Shown here: in pieces, positions 1-13,943 of the stretch
Position numbering within the stretch: position 1 is the first letter of the stretch
Layout: every line of letters starts with the position of its first letter
DNA from: Bispira polyomma
Taxonomy: Eukaryota
Reading direction: 5' to 3'
NCBI GenBank assembly: GCA_965649765.1
Contig: OZ287758.1
Coordinates: 17,236,001 to 17,300,000 of the forward strand
Length of the DNA stretch: 64,000 nucleotides
Translations under genes and position numbers: made by a program
The notes under the pieces: generated by a model
Database searches by the model: none
The model's input: the letters and a program-made list of their open reading frames with translations, nothing else
What the model was told of the DNA's origin: nothing

Positions 1-1457
1 GAATTTTGCAATATTATAACTAGTAAATCCCCTCTATATAATAAATACATTTTACTCTGTAGTGAGCTCTAGTGATAGGGTCATTTTTATCTGATAGCCT
101 CCAAGGATTCTCTGTCATGTCGTCTATGGGATTTCCATTCCCTCCTACTGGATTTGAGGCTCTTTTATCAAACGTTCCAAGTGTCCCTAGGCCAAGGTCA
201 ACTCTTGGGATTTCTCCTTATTGTGAAATACCTTCCTAAATATAAAGTAGTTATAAAAACCCCGTGAATTCAAGAAGGCCATTCTACATCTGGAATTGTA
301 CACAATGACGTCACTTGAACACGTAAATGTTGTCATTGGTTGGCACTGGATGAGAAGGAAATTTTAGATAATGGAAATTAACATTTATGTCTATAATTTA
401 TAAACTGACAGCGACATGCCTGGAGTTCTGATACAGTCTAAATATGTTGGCATGCCTAAATCAAGTCAATGTCGAATTGTTTAAAATAAACTAGTTTTGA
501 ATAAAGAAAGCGTTTACTCTTATCATTCATCTATTTCACAACTACCTGGAACCCTGTCATTTTGGTTAAATATAGAAACACCATATTATGATAGTTCTAG
601 TAGATATTTGGTGACACTCGACTGATGATAATAACTCCGAGAGATCCCATGATGTCACGGACATATTTAACAGGAATTCCCAATGAAGCCAGCAGTGGGG
701 TTCTTCCATACATAGCATTGTCTACTTGTGTGATGTTTGCTATATTCAAAATCAAATATCACGGTCACATTATGTCTTTTGCTTTTTAAGCATTTAATAA
801 TAAAAAAACTAGCAAAATTGTTTAACTCATTTTTTTTTTTATACAAAGACAGAATTATATTCAACTAGAAGGCCACTCAGCACAGCTCATATTGTATTTA
901 CAGGTTATATTTTCAATATGCTTTAACTATGCGATGCATCAATCAATCAGTCATGTGTCCTACAACATAGCTTGTGTCATCATCATTAGGTAATTGCATG
1001 TTCACATATTGCCCAAAGATAATATCCCACCACTGACCTAGAGGTCTAACCAAGAACCATCTGGTCAGAAACCGGCTCCTTGACCACTAGGTAATGGGAT
1101 ACCACACACCTCTATGAGACAGCACATTGTGCTAAAAGATTTATCCTCAGCAATGGCCTCATGGGACCTTGATGTAGCTATGTGCTCTGGTATATTTTAA
1201 TGGGTTACTTAGTGGCCCGCTTCAATCCCCTGTAGCCTTTGCATCATCCTACAAGAATGTCTTTCAGTTTCCGCCTTGGAACTCCAGCAAAATTTAGCTT
1301 ATTTGTCATTGGTCCATGCCACTAAGTTTTATTGTAACAATTACTTCACAATGTTCTTCCCTACTCCTGCTAACAAACAAACCAACAGACAGTGACAACA
1401 TGTCCTCCTGGTGGAGGTTATTAGAATTACCAGCAGACTACTTCAGTCCAGGTAGGT

Positions 1458-1560
1458 AGCCAAGGTGGTATAGAGGTAATATGCTCACACCCACTTCTCA
1501 AGTCGTCAGCTCAAAGTTCGACCCCTGCATGTACTTAGAAAAGTTGGCAAATGGTCGTGA
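1458..1560 (+). mobile_element. Degenerate tRNA-derived SINE head
   Basis: A-box-like tggtatagagg, B-box-like gttcgacccc, then gaaaagttgg as in the 47734 SINE. Confidence 0.45.
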
Positions 1561-2010
1561 TATGTCTTGTGATGAATGTGACGTCAAAAGTAACAATAAG
1601 TAGAGAGTTCATGGTTGAGGATCAGTCTCTTTGTCATCTTATGACAAGAAAGTGGACCCTTGTCTTGACATGGACTCTTGATTCCCTGTCCTGTGATTGG
1701 TTAATATTTACTACAGAACAAAACTTTCTTTAAAACTGCATTAATCTGAAGTATAAGCACTTAAGTACAACAGCCATCAAGTTATTACCTCTTAAATTTT
1801 AATTTTCCTGAAATACACATACAGTTAAACACATTTAAATCAATTTCAAATCGAGTAGGATCAATACATCCACTTAACAGTGTAGATTTTAAATGAAAAA
1901 GTCTTTTTTAAATGTTAATGTTTAAACTTCTATAGTGCCACAATTGATGTCCAGACATCCTCTGTGGCACACATCCCAATCATATTTTTAAAGTAAAATT
2001 ACTCTGTTAA

Positions 2011-2054
2011 AGGTGATTGCAGTAGGTGATTGCAGTGGGTGATTGCAGTAGGTG
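2011..2054 (+). repeat. 13-bp tandem repeat (3 copies)
   Basis: (a/g)ggtgattgcagt repeated three times. Confidence 0.8.
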
Positions 2055-4929
2055 TCACACTCGATATAAACTACATTATTTTCCGACCCTTCTTACTTTT
2101 TGTCATTTTTTTCCCCTTCTTTAACCTTGTGACTTTAAACCTAACAGCCATCAAACAGTGAAATCTGAATTAAATTTTTGTTCTAAACACTTTTTACACA
2201 TTTTTTGTGAATTTTACACTTGGGAAAGGCCAGGAAGACTCCAGTGACATGAAAACAGTACGGACGAAAAGGGTTTCTCTTGGGGGGATTTTAGGAAGGA
2301 AAGGGACAGGAATAAAACCTTTATTAGTGGAAGTCAGTAAGATTTGAGGAAGTGTTTGAGGACAGGGAGCTTTTAATAACGGTGTTTGTGGCAAACCTCT
2401 ATTGAAATCATTAGGACGAATGAGGTGATCTGCTATAGGGTGGTCTATTTAACAGAAAGACATTCCAAAGCTTACAAGAAGGTGCTTTAATTATCTAGTC
2501 CAAGTGGCTTGTTTATGTATGGTAGATTTGATCTGTACTGAACTCATTTCTTTTATGTCACACAATAGATTCACTGAATTATACATGTAGTTGTCATTGT
2601 CTATTTTATAAAGATTCACACTCCACAGAATTAACACAGATTTTATGTTGGAAAATGGCCAGGAATACATATATATAGCTATTGGGTAGTACTCAGGTCG
2701 TGTTACACATAAACAAGTTATCCTAATAGATTATTTGAAGTAAATACTTTATACTTACAAAATTGTATGTTTGGTTTAGAAGGGATTTTTTGTTAATTAA
2801 TAAAGTCTTATTTAAGTGTTTGTTTTTAAGCGTAATCTCACTGTGAGAACAATTCACAACAATAAAAGTGCATTAATGTAGAAATCAGCTCCACTGTATG
2901 AAGTTGGCAACCATTTGTGTACCAATAAAGAGATAATCCTGGGTTTCACCCAGCCTATAGACTTCCGGATTTGATTTATGTTTAGAGTCTCGAGGGGTCA
3001 ATGTACATACAAGTCCTCTAAACTATTGACAATGTTCTTGTGCACTACAGTTTTCATTTTTATTCTGTTTATATGTGGGATGTTGTTATATTCTCTCTAG
3101 AATAGCTCCAAAAAATATGAGAAAAAATGCTATTATTAATCAACGTGTGTACTGAATATACGACACACCTGTATATGTACAAGTAAAAACAGTCTCAAAA
3201 TTGCTCTGAACTGTACAAGACGTACAGTAGGGAAACGTTAGAGGAATAGATTGTGGGTACATTTTGACTTTATGTCAAGGCTCCTACTTCTTTTTCATTA
3301 TACTCATTTCAACTGGTTCAACCTAACCAAAAGCACACTAAAAATCGTTTGAGCAAGCCCAGTCTGTCTTCCAGTACAATACTAGAGTCAAACTATGTAT
3401 CTAAGTCATTGATGAAATAGGAGTACTCAGTAGAGTGCAAACCTACACCATGGAGTACATACTTAAAAGGGACTGTGCTTTAGCTACACACCTAAACTAC
3501 TCAAAGCCAGTAAATTAATGTGGATAAACATCATATTTGACCAAACCACCCATTTCCTAGCAGTGTATAAATGTATAATGTAAATACCCATCAAAGTACA
3601 TAGTGCGTACTCGGTGGCCATTTAACATTATCTAGATATGCACCAATTAAATGGACCCATGCCTTAACCCTTCACAACATTTAAGACCAATCCCTTCAAA
3701 ACCAGTTTAGTATTCTACAGTAATCCTTCAAACAAACAAACAAACCAACAGACAGAGAGAGGGACAAAAAGAGAACCTCCTTGGTGGAGGAAAAGGGCCC
3801 CGGACTCATTATGGAAGATCCCTCATTCTTGGAGGTAGGTTATACGTGTTCCTTTGATCAGGCTGAGGGAAGATATCTATTGCTAAAACTAGGTATAGTT
3901 TGACACAATTCACCAGGTGTCTGTCCAGTTATCTACATGATACCATATTACAGATGTCCCCAACTTCAGAAGAAGGACTCTCATGTACATTCACAAATAC
4001 AGTCACAAAAATGGCCTTTAGTTATTATAAGATTTTTTGGACCATTCAGTTATAGTGATGTGTAACTTGGAATTGCCACCTGCTTCCTGAGTTTATTCAG
4101 AGACAGAGAACTGAATTATACATGTCACATAGCCCATAAACTAGGAGCAATAAGGACAAAATAGCCATTAAGATCCTGTGAGATAATTATGGGACATAGA
4201 AAAAGGCACACACCCAGTTCTGGTTTTTAATTCTTACTAACATTTGGTTTTCTTTCAACAAAACCTATTATGCTGATAATGAAAGCTGCGTGTAAAGATA
4301 TCTGTCAACCCTCTGATATCTCCTTTATTAGGAGCCATCCTGTCTATGTAGAATTGTATGCTAGTAGGATCTCAAAAGAGTGTATGTAGCCTTCCTAAGC
4401 CTCAGGTAATTAACTAACAAAACCTGTCCCATATCATTTTATCTATACACCATTTATTTACCATTGCAATCTAACCTTATATTGAAAGCACATCAAGACT
4501 AGTAAATATCCTGACTGCAGAGAGAGGCTTGAGGATAACAGCATATATCAATATCTATACGGTTCTTTAGGCTGTCGCGGGGATATGGCCCAATGACAGA
4601 GGACCATTGTTTTAAGTGGTCGTCCAAGCCACTATGTATCTGCCTCTATCTAGTTGTCAGAGAATGGAAGTGAACCTGAATCATCTGCATTTCTAAACGA
4701 GTGTGTTATCCACAGTGGCAGATACAAGGAGATTTGGCCCTTATCAGGTTGCAGTGTTTTGACATTGCACTTGTCAGTACTCCACAACCACAAAATTCTG
4801 AGGGTACCAATCTAATTGACAGGTAACTTATGTTGTGTAAACAAGTAAACATTCTCTCTGTTACTAAGTTAAAAACCTCTAACTGGCTTCTCATTGGCTA
4901 AAGAATAAGTCAATGCTATTTCCCAGAGA

Positions 4930-7900
4930 ATACTGGTCAGTTTAAAATCAGTCACTGACATAGTGACATGATATTACAAATTTGGACGCAGAGCTCAAGG
5001 GCAGGTAGCAGACCAGGCAGAGGACAGCATACAGCATCAGATACTGCAGCAACTTCAAAAGGTGAACTTACAGCTTGATGCAATGGAAGAACAAGTAGCC
5101 GAGTCCAGTTCCAGGAGTCAGAGGTGAGCACGTCGGCAGACAGAACACAAGTTAAGTAGAACAGTTTCCAGTAAAGTGTCTCAAAGTCATGATAAAAGTA
5201 AAAGCCCAGTACAATCAGATAACGAGTCATCAGATGAAGAGCACATGTTGCCTAGGTTAGCGGCCCTTAGAAATTCGGGTGCATTACAGCGTCAAGTTGA
5301 TGATAGAGTTAGGGAGCTGGAAAAAAGTAACCAGACAGGTACTGAGAACGTAGGGAAAATAAAATCAAAAAAGAGGGGCCCGTTGAGGTTTTGGTAAAAC
5401 ATAAAGTGGCCTGGCTCCAGGAGGTTATATTGGGTGGTACAACAAGAGCTAGGTTATCTTATGATCAATTGTCTATGTTCCAGTGGACACAGGAACATCA
5501 TTGATGAACCTGATTAGGGTATAAGAGAGAAAATGCTTTTCTATATGTCAGATTTGATGGAGGATGTCACTGACTTCAGTTGGTCTGGGGCTAAAGCTGC
5601 GCACGCAGTGCTACTGTGCGAAATGGAGAGGGGTACTCTTACTTGGCATGACTCTAACTGTATTGACAGAATTAGAAGGGCTCATGCCCAAAAACATACA
5701 AGTAGTTCTAATGGTACTAAGCATTGGGTAAAAAATAATGATGGTCACAAAAAGCTGTGGTTCTGTAAGTTCTTTCAAAATGGCACATGTCAGCACACAA
5801 AGGACCATGAAATCAATGGCAAAATCCATAAACATATTTGCTCACATTGTATACAGCAAGGTCGTCTTTTAGGGCATGCTGAGAAGGACTGTGTGTTCAC
5901 TAAGAAAACACAGCCAAAAAACGAGTGAAGGGCTGTCCCCTGAGGGTTGAACAGGAGGGTAGCTGTGGCAAAATGGGTGGTGGTGTAAAATGCAATGTAT
6001 ATAATGATTTTAAAGTAAATAAAACACTAGTGGGTTCAAATGAACAGAATAGTGTAGATGAAAAAGTGCTAAAGCACGGCTCAGTATATCGGGCTTGTAG
6101 ATATGTTTACAGTTCAGCAATAAAAAAAGCTGATATAGACAGCTTGTTTGCTCGTCCATTAACGAGTCAGTTCGTGTGTACAAAACATTGGTCAGCAATG
6201 TCGCAGGCAGATTATATGCTAGTGTGGTTAAAAACGGCCATAAATACATAATGAATAACAAGCGAGTAGCAATAGATATTTGCCTAATATTAAACTTACT
6301 ATTTCTAGTGAGGGTGAACAAAACGTAAGTGTCAGTTTGTGATGACAATCATAACCCCAGTGACACAAAAACTCAAGACATTGGCGTAGACAGTACAAAA
6401 CCTGAACATAAAATAGTGGGAAGCGGAAATTCTCCAGAAACTAAATTGTTGTTTGATATAAACAATATGGAAGAAGATAAATTTATCAATTCTATTATTT
6501 TTAATAATGCAAAAGATTTAATAAAGGAAGTGCTGTTGGAATGTTAGAGCGTTAAGCAGTGGCGGGCACAGTTGGAATTCAATTTCGGCTTCATTCCACT
6601 TACTGATCCACTGTTCTCAGAAAATAAAACTTATGTCAACGCTACTATTGACTGTCCTATTGCATGTCATAATCAAGTTAAAAAATGGGGTAGACCAAAT
6701 TTCTTGGGGGCCCGCATTCCTGTCAAATCACAGTTGAATATTACAAATTGGAAAGAAATGTTAAAAGACTATTGGGATCAGCAGTTAATCGAATTGCTTG
6801 AATTTGGATTGCTTGAATTTGGATTTCCTTTAGGTTTCAATAGAAACTGCAAGCTCAGTGGTGACGTTGACAATCACAAATGATGTACACAGTACCCAAA
6901 TGATGTGGACGTGTACATTGCTGAATAAAAAGCACGTGGTGCAATTATTGGTCCTTTTAAGAAAAATCCCATAACAAATTGCCATCATTCACCATTTATG
7001 ACTCGTCCAAAACCCAATTCAGAAAATATGCGAGTCATCATTGACCTCAGTTGGCCAAAAGGTGAGTCGGTAAATGCAGGGGTCGACAAAAATGGATATA
7101 TGGGAACTGATCTCAAACTCAGCTTTCCTACTGTTGATAATTTGACAGATGAGCTCACAAAATTGGGAAAAAGTGCCAATATATATAAGTTAGACGCGAG
7201 TAGGGCCTTTAGACACGTAAAAATTGACCCTGGGGATTATGATTTGCTTGGCTTACGTTGGCATGGATCATATATTGACACGTGTTTGCCATTCGGGAGC
7301 TGCCATGGCAGCCAGTTTTTTCAAAGAATCAGTGACACCGTGCGTCACGTCATGCGTCAACACGGCTACAGCGTCATAAATTATATCGACGATGTTTTGG
7401 GGAATGGCACTCCCACAGTCGCTCATCAATCATTCCAGTGTTTGCATGAGGTAATGAAAAAATTAGGTTTAACTATCAGCGAAAAGAAAACAGTTACTCC
7501 CAGTACACAAGCAGTATGCCTGGGAATCCTGATAGACACAGTTCAAGGCACAGTATCAATACCGGAGGACAAATTGCAACAAATTAAAAAAACTGTCAGA
7601 CAATGGCAAAGTAAAGTATATTGTTCAAAAAAGCAACTGCAGTCATTACTGGGCCAGTTGTTTTACGTCCACAAATCCATAAAACCAGCAAGGTGTTCTT
7701 TTAATAGAATGCTACGGTTACTGAGAGATGTTGTTAATCCCAATAGAATAATCCTGACACAGGATTTTAAACGAGACTTAAGGTGGTTTGATCGGTTTCA
7801 CCCGTTGTATAATGGAGTATCCATATACGGTCACAAAATTATAGATCATACTTTGGAACTAGATGTTTGTGTTATTGGATTGGGAGGCAGATGGAGAAAT

Positions 7901-8769
7901 CTCGTATATCACCTTCCTATACCAAAGTTTTTCAGAAACTTGGGCATTGTCCAACTGGAAATGGTTAATATTTTGGTAGCATTGAGATTGTATCAAAGTT
8001 ACTGGCACAGTAAAAAGGTACTTGTCAAATGCGACAATGAAGTAGTGGTAAAAGTGCTAAATTCAGGTAGAGCTAAAGACCCTTTCTTGTAGGCGTGTGC
8101 TAGAAACATGTGGTATACAGCTGCATTGGCAGATATAGAGTTACAATATGTTCATGTCTTAGGCAAGAATAACAGAGTAGCTGATTTGTTGTCTAGATGG
8201 ACTCAGTCCAGTAGTGATGTTAATGAATTGCATTCATTGGTGTAAGATCCATTATGGTTACAGGTTAACATTGAATTGACAGAAATTGATAGTGAATTGT
8301 AAATATTTAGGTGGCATAATTATGTAACACAGATACTATGCTTTGTACTTGCAGAGACACTGCACTGCACTGAGTCAATTACAGAAGCAAGCCAGTCTCA
8401 GATTACATACAGCCTTCAGGCCAAAGACCAGAAAATGCTATATTATGTTGTTCAGGACATTCTTGGCTTTTTGTATATGTGTAAATTTGGCTTTGGAGGC
8501 CTTAGATGTAAATAATGTGAGTAGAAAACAAAGTTTCAGTATATATTGCTAATTATGTTGCGGCCATTAAAGCCATGTGCATTGTGTATGATTTGCCATT
8601 CAGTGCTTTAGATCACCCAAAAATCAAATACTTTATAAAATCCTTAATAGTAAATAAAATTGTAAAACGTAATGTCATTGATGTGGACATGCTAAAATTA
8701 AGTAATTCACATACATTTAAGGCTATTTTTCTCACTGGTTTCTTCGGGTTCTTAAGGTTATCGGTTTGA
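4930..8769 (+). mobile_element. Degenerate tyrosine-recombinase retrotransposon (DIRS order, Ngaro/PAT-like): gag-like ORF, RT/RNase H, truncated YR
   Basis: Gag-like region with Cys/His fingers (WFCKFFQNGTC..DH; HICSHC...HAEKDC, 5533-5928). RT motifs RVIIDLS, DASRAFRH, LPFG and YIDD, with RNase H motifs LEMVN and CDN (6572-8300). YR N-terminus AIFLTGFFGFLRLS (8343-8769). Several stops and frameshifts; 5' boundary approximate. Confidence 0.88.
6998..8092 (+). pseudogene. DIRS-type reverse transcriptase/RNase H ORF remnant
   Basis: 364-aa ORF with YIDD and DIRS-style RNase H. Homologous sequence continues past the TAG at 8090-8092 (VHVLGKNNRVADLLSR). Confidence 0.88.
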
Positions 8770-8825
8770 GGCTCTTTTATAAAGTAATTACCTGTAACGC
8801 AAAAGTGGAATAGTGTCTTATCTCA

Positions 8826-9020
8826 AGTTTAGGTCACCTCAAGTTTAGTTTACCAAATCTGGTTCGAAGTTACCTCTAGGTTAACCGTAACTTAAGGTTA
8901 ACACTTAAACTTAAAGTTAATCTTAACTAAAACTTAACTTTAACTTAATCTGCTACTACTTAAACTTAAAGTTAAAACTTTTGTATTTACTTAACTTAAT
9001 TTAAGGTGACCTTAACTTAA
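8826..9020. repeat. Imperfect palindromic AACTT/AAGTT-rich element (MITE-like)
   Basis: Inverted ends aagtttaggtcacctcaagtt and aatttaaggtgaccttaactt; same core as 61173-61284. Confidence 0.6.
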
Positions 9021-10309
9021 TCTGTGATAAAGTGTTAATTGTGATGTTATTGTGTAAACATGTCAAGAGATGTAAATATACAGTAGTTAGAGTTCATTTA
9101 TACAAACATTAGATTTTATATATACAATTTTATATAATAAAATTATATACCCTCAGTGAGTTATCATTCGGACATGCGTTGTGTTGGGGACTGAGCAAAC
9201 AGGTATGTCTCCCGATGGGGCCTTGAAAGTGCAGTAGCAATACTCATGCCCCCCCCCCCATCTCTGTTGGCATGGGTTCGAATCTGGTGGAGCAGAAAAC
9301 CTTGACCAAATACCAAATGCCCTGATTTCCTCTATCAGTAAACTACCCATCATGATATGACACAAACTGTAAGTTGAAAGGATGACTAAACCCCAAACTG
9401 TGGCCTGATATAATGCAGTCTATAGGACATTCAGGACATGACCAGTGAGATCATAAACTCAAATATAGCTGTAGGCTACTGTGAACTTTACAGACACACG
9501 ATTTATGTGTCAGTCTGGTGTCATTGGGATGTCTAATCAAACAGAGAAAACAGCAGCATATTCCAAGATAAATACTCTAGTACAAAGAACCACAATAGTT
9601 AATTAACACTTAAAGATTTCATATCTAAGCAGATTTCATAGTTATATTGTAGTACTTTATGTAGAGTTCGGTCACCCCTTTTTGTTCTAATTCCCATGTG
9701 TGTCTCTGAATAGAAGACACTTCCTAGGAGCACCAGATCAGTAACTTGGCAAGGGCAGTAGAAAATGTGTTATCACTGTTATTCTGAGCAGGGTTTCTGA
9801 CTACTTTGGTTATTAATAACACTGTCAACATACCAAGCCCTTCGTTAATCAGCAGTAAAGGGAAAACCCCTGGTTATTTACAGACAAATCAAAGAGTCGG
9901 GATATTCCATAAATGGGGTAAACAGTTGTTATTGTGGCCTAGTAAGTAAGACACTCACTTAGGAACAAACAGGACCTCAATTAAATCCCAGTCTGGGTCA
10001 ACTAGGTACAGGCAGATATATAGTACCTTGGATGAAAACTTAAAATGGTCGTCCTCTATAATAGGTTCATTGCCCAGTGGCAGACTAAAGAACGTCACAT
10101 TGATAAATGGTGATCCTCAAGCTTCTGTATTCAGTAAAAATGAAAGCTACAGATGCTAGTTGTAATTGTTTAGTCAAGAAGAGGTTTAGTGCCACTTTGA
10201 GTACCAGATAAACTCAGATAAATGTGCTGAGTATAAATATATTTATACACCAGCATTTATTCATTTGGTATCACATCTATGACTAGAGATGGACTGCAGC
10301 ATATTCATT

Positions 10310-10560
10310 AATTATTGTATTGTATTTTTAACGTACCTTATTGATCCGAGGCAACTTGTAAAATGGGTGTACAGGGAGAAAATTATTGGGGTAAGCGAGT
10401 TTGAATAGATGGGCTTTAAATTTTCTCTAAACCAAGTGTTTCTAGTGATCTAAGCTCAACTGGGAGACTATTCCATAACAAAGGGGCAGCAACAGAGAAA
10501 GCTTTAGATCTAGCCCCCTTGGAAGGTTCTACAGAGAAAACAGAAATTCTCTTTCTCCTC
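10310..10560 (-). mobile_element. 3' end fragment of an L2/CR1-group LINE
   Basis: Reverse complement resembles 62090-62220 (AFSVAAPLLWNSLP-type terminal motif). Confidence 0.6.
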
Positions 10561-10679
10561 TCAAGTTTGCTGAAGGAAAGGCGAGCAGCAAAGTATGATG
10601 GTTGTTGGGAGATAACAGAGGCGGAGGCATGTTACGCCTGGAGTTCTGCTCGGGCAAGGAATTGAACATGGAAGAAGTG

Positions 10680-11010
10680 AAGAAGTGACTATCGATGGCA
10701 AGTTGAACAGGGCATTGGGAACGTTTCACATCTTCCGAAACACAGACTGAACCTTATTCCAGTCGTCACGGCATGTAAAGAATTCTTCCTGGTACTTCTG
10801 GCACAAACTTGTTTATGGTTGACCTGCCCACTACAAACGCGTACTCCTGCGATGTGTAGGACTCCCCAGTAGCCAAATGCCTCCAGGTGATGGCTATCTT
10901 GAGTCCAGGGGCCAGTGCATTCCTGTACCAAGTGGTGTGTCTCTGTATCCTGTGCCCCACCCTCATCTCCATCTCCTGCAATATGTCAGGGGTCATCCTG
11001 AGAAAGTGCT
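10680..11010 (-). mobile_element. PIF/Harbinger (HARBI1-like) transposase fragment
   Basis: FLRMTPD...RNALAPGLKIAITWRHLATGESY.S..YAF.VGRSTINKFVPEV matches the Harbinger transposase N-terminal region; a frameshifted DWNKV...NVPNAL follows. Confidence 0.8.
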
Positions 11011-11865
11011 TTATATAGTGCTTGATGAAAATGGTTCCTGCCGATTGTTATTACGAAGATTTCAATCTGGATAAGTTGTTCCATCCACCGACTTTTTTTA
11101 TTGTCCAACGACTAGATCGTAATGCCCTTACACCCTTTATTTTAGAACGTTTATTCCAACGACTTATCTTTAGCAATTGGAGACATCAGGAACAAAAAAA
11201 ATGTGATCCTGATGACTAATCGGGCCGATTGATCATAATGCTAACAACAGGGAGGTCGGAGATTTCAACAACTTATTTTTACCAATTTCGGAGGTTGGGA
11301 GCTCAAAAATGTGATTGTGAAGACAAATTGGGCAGATGGATCACAATATTAATGACTTATCGGGGCACTCTTATCTTACAGGTCGTGGTGATGCATTTTT
11401 TCTGCCTTTTTTCAAAACATTGTGGGAAAATTCTAAGGATTGCTCACGATTGCATAATCAGGGCCTCTCCCCGACTGTTTGTGAAAGTGGACAGCACTAT
11501 TAAGATTTCACTTTAATTTTGAATGATTTGGACTGAGGTTAAACAGTCAGCAAGAGACTTGTAAGGGCATTTTGAGGGTTTTAGAGAAAAATAGATTTGG
11601 GTGTCATCAGCAAACATGTGGGGTTGAACATTGTGATTATGTTTATTTTAGATTATATGATTATTAGATTATGACTATGCTGTGGGGATGTGTATAGAGG
11701 GTAAAAAATTAAGGCCACAACCCCTAGGGTTGTCCAAAAAGTAAGTGAAAACAGGATAATAAGTGATCATCCAATTTGAATTTTGGGTTCTGAGCGCCAG
11801 ATAGGATCTAATCCAATCAAATACAGTATCATTAGGTACAACCCACTGTTTAATGCTGTCAATTA

Positions 11866-12493
11866 GCCTACGCTTCATTTCCGCACGTTTTTAATGCTCT
11901 CTATATAATACAACCAAGTGCTTCCTTTCAGCATTTTTTCATCAGATCCCATCAGATGTCAGCCGACGTCTGTTTGTCTAACAGATTTTATCGGTCAGGG
12001 AGGGAAAAAATCGGAAGGACTGACCGATTTTGAAACAAAAATGACGGCAAAAACACTGTCATAGGTATAGTTTTTATCCTATACATACTCAATATTCATC
12101 GTTGACTTAATAATGGCATTAGAAAGCTTATTTTATTGTGATTACTGTGTTTTTTTCCCCCAACAAAATCCGCTAAGAAACGGCTCGGATATTTAAGTTT
12201 AGAGACGGGTACCCCTTTTAACTTCCCCTTCTACTGGGTATAATACATCAAAGCAACGTCATAATGACAGTTTTGTAGTCACGTCACAGATTAGACACCA
12301 GGAAGTAAAAATGGCACCCTTATTTAACTGTATACATCTCAGCTGTTTCTTAACGAATTTTGTTCAAAAAGCACAGTAATCACAAAAAAGTAAGCTTTCT
12401 CAAGCCATTTTCAATATCAACATCCAACGAATTTTTAGTATAAATCTGATAAAGGAAGCACAACATCGGAATGTGCTGACAGGAAGCGTAGGC
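11866..12493. mobile_element. Harbinger/Tourist-type MITE (family 1) containing a nested foldback element
   Basis: Terminal inverted repeats (TIRs) GCCTACGCTTC...GAAGCGTAGGC, with a TTA target-site duplication (TSD) at 11863-11865 and 12494-12496. Confidence 0.8.
12075..12450. mobile_element. Nested foldback/MITE with long imperfect inverted repeats
   Basis: agaaagcttattttattgtgattactgtgttttt...aacaaaatccgctaagaaacggct (12121-12185) is the reverse complement of ~12340-12400. Ends approximate. Confidence 0.65.
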
Positions 12494-12631
12494 TTAGTAA
12501 AACATGTTCAATGCTATCAAAAGCTGTAGAGATATCTCAAAGGGTGAAGGCTACAGTTCTATCACGATCCACGGCAAGGTTGATGCAATTACTGATGGAG
12601 GAGACTTTCTGTGTAGAGCAGCTTTCTGTAA

Positions 12632-12960
12632 GCCTGGGCTTCCTTACAGCATGTTTTTTTCGGCCAACATTGATTTGTTTGCTCATTACAGAATACGACC
12701 AAGTCCTTCCTTTCATCATATTTGCAACAGATCAGATCAGACGTCGGCATACATTTGTTGAGCCAACAGTTTTTTTTTCTTTTGGTCAGGGAGAGAAAAA
12801 AACTAAAAGGCTGTCCAATTTTTGAAAAAAAATTAAGAAAAAAATTTTGAAATATTTAGTAGATATCGGAAGAAAGGAAGCGCTACATTGGCTGATGTCA
12901 GATCAGCTCGGATTTTACTAAATCGGACGAAGTCGGTGACTGCTGAAAGGAAGCTGAGGC
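12632..12960. mobile_element. Harbinger/Tourist-type MITE (family 1)
   Basis: TIRs GCCTGGGCTTCC...GGAAGCTGAGGC with a TAA TSD on both sides; internal similarity to 11900-12040 and 24038-24383. Confidence 0.8.
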
Positions 12961-13943
12961 TAAGCCAATTGCTGTGAGTTTGCAAAGTTTTGTGTGTTAA
13001 GGTGGTAAGAGATTTGTTGTGCGACAGCTTTCTCAACCAGTTTACACACATAGCTGAGCTTGGAGATTGGTCTATAACTTTTTTTTGTTTTGCTTATCTT
13101 TTTTTCCAAATTTACCTGCTAGTAAGGTGAGGCAGTAATTATTGGGCAAAGTTTTTTTAGATGTACGGTGGAGTATTTTAATGATTGAGTTCCATACATT
13201 TTACAGCTGTGTGAGTTTTTATTGATAAGATAGTGGTAATGCTCTCTGTCTGTGATTTGGTGGTTTTTACTTATTCTAACGTGTTTTCTCTGAGTGGAAG
13301 GGTTTTGTAAATCCATGGAGAATGATTCTCAAGGATGGAGCATATGGTATGAATTTATTGCACACAGAGTCTGTCCGCATTCTTGCACAAGTGTTTGATA
13401 AGGTGAGATGCAAAACTGTCATCACAAAGTCTTTTTACGTCCATGGGAAGGATAGGACATGGTTTTGATAGATCTCCACCGCACAGGACCTCTTATCAGT
13501 ACACATTGTGTCTTAAGTGTGTGTACCTCTAAATGTGGCAGTGTGTGAGCTAGTTTTAGGACACCTGATAGCAAACTGGGGGACCAGGGGTAGTTGTATA
13601 TTTTATGTTTGTCACAGGTGTATTAAGATCCGTCATGTTCTCAGAAACAATTCATATTGTTTCTATTTAAATGTTTGGTTACCTGTCGGCTTAAAGGTTG
13701 ACAATGGTGGCAGCTAGATTAGTTACAATTGTGGTTAAGATCTTCTCTAAACATGACAAGTATGGGTTAAGTAGAGAGTTGTAATGTCATGTGAGTATAA
13801 CAAAATCAACTCGTTTCCCATTGATAAAGTGCACACGGTCTGTCTAGTCTCCCATAACACTATATATAGAACACAATGAACATTGATCAGATGAATAGAT
13901 TCCATATATGGAGAATGGAATATACTGTTCCAGTCAAAACAGT

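Larger units (their letters stand above)
11510..13080 (-). mobile_element. Old CR1/L2-group LINE RT fragment interrupted by two MITEs
   Basis: Removing the MITEs restores QLAYRKLLYTESL and AFDSIEHVLLIDSIKQW...FDWIRSYL; HMFADDTQI lies near 11600-11620. Confidence 0.75.

Noticed and set aside
1300-3795. Shared motif acaaacaaaccaacagacag...cctcc(t)tggtggagg at ~1372-1418 and ~3735-3790
   Set aside because: Probably ends of a common dispersed repeat, but boundaries and class could not be defined.
6572-8769. Prokaryotic retron, DGR or phage integrase interpretation of the RT plus tyrosine recombinase
   Set aside because: RT-RNase H with an upstream zinc-finger gag and downstream YR is the eukaryotic DIRS-order layout, and the copy is degenerate.
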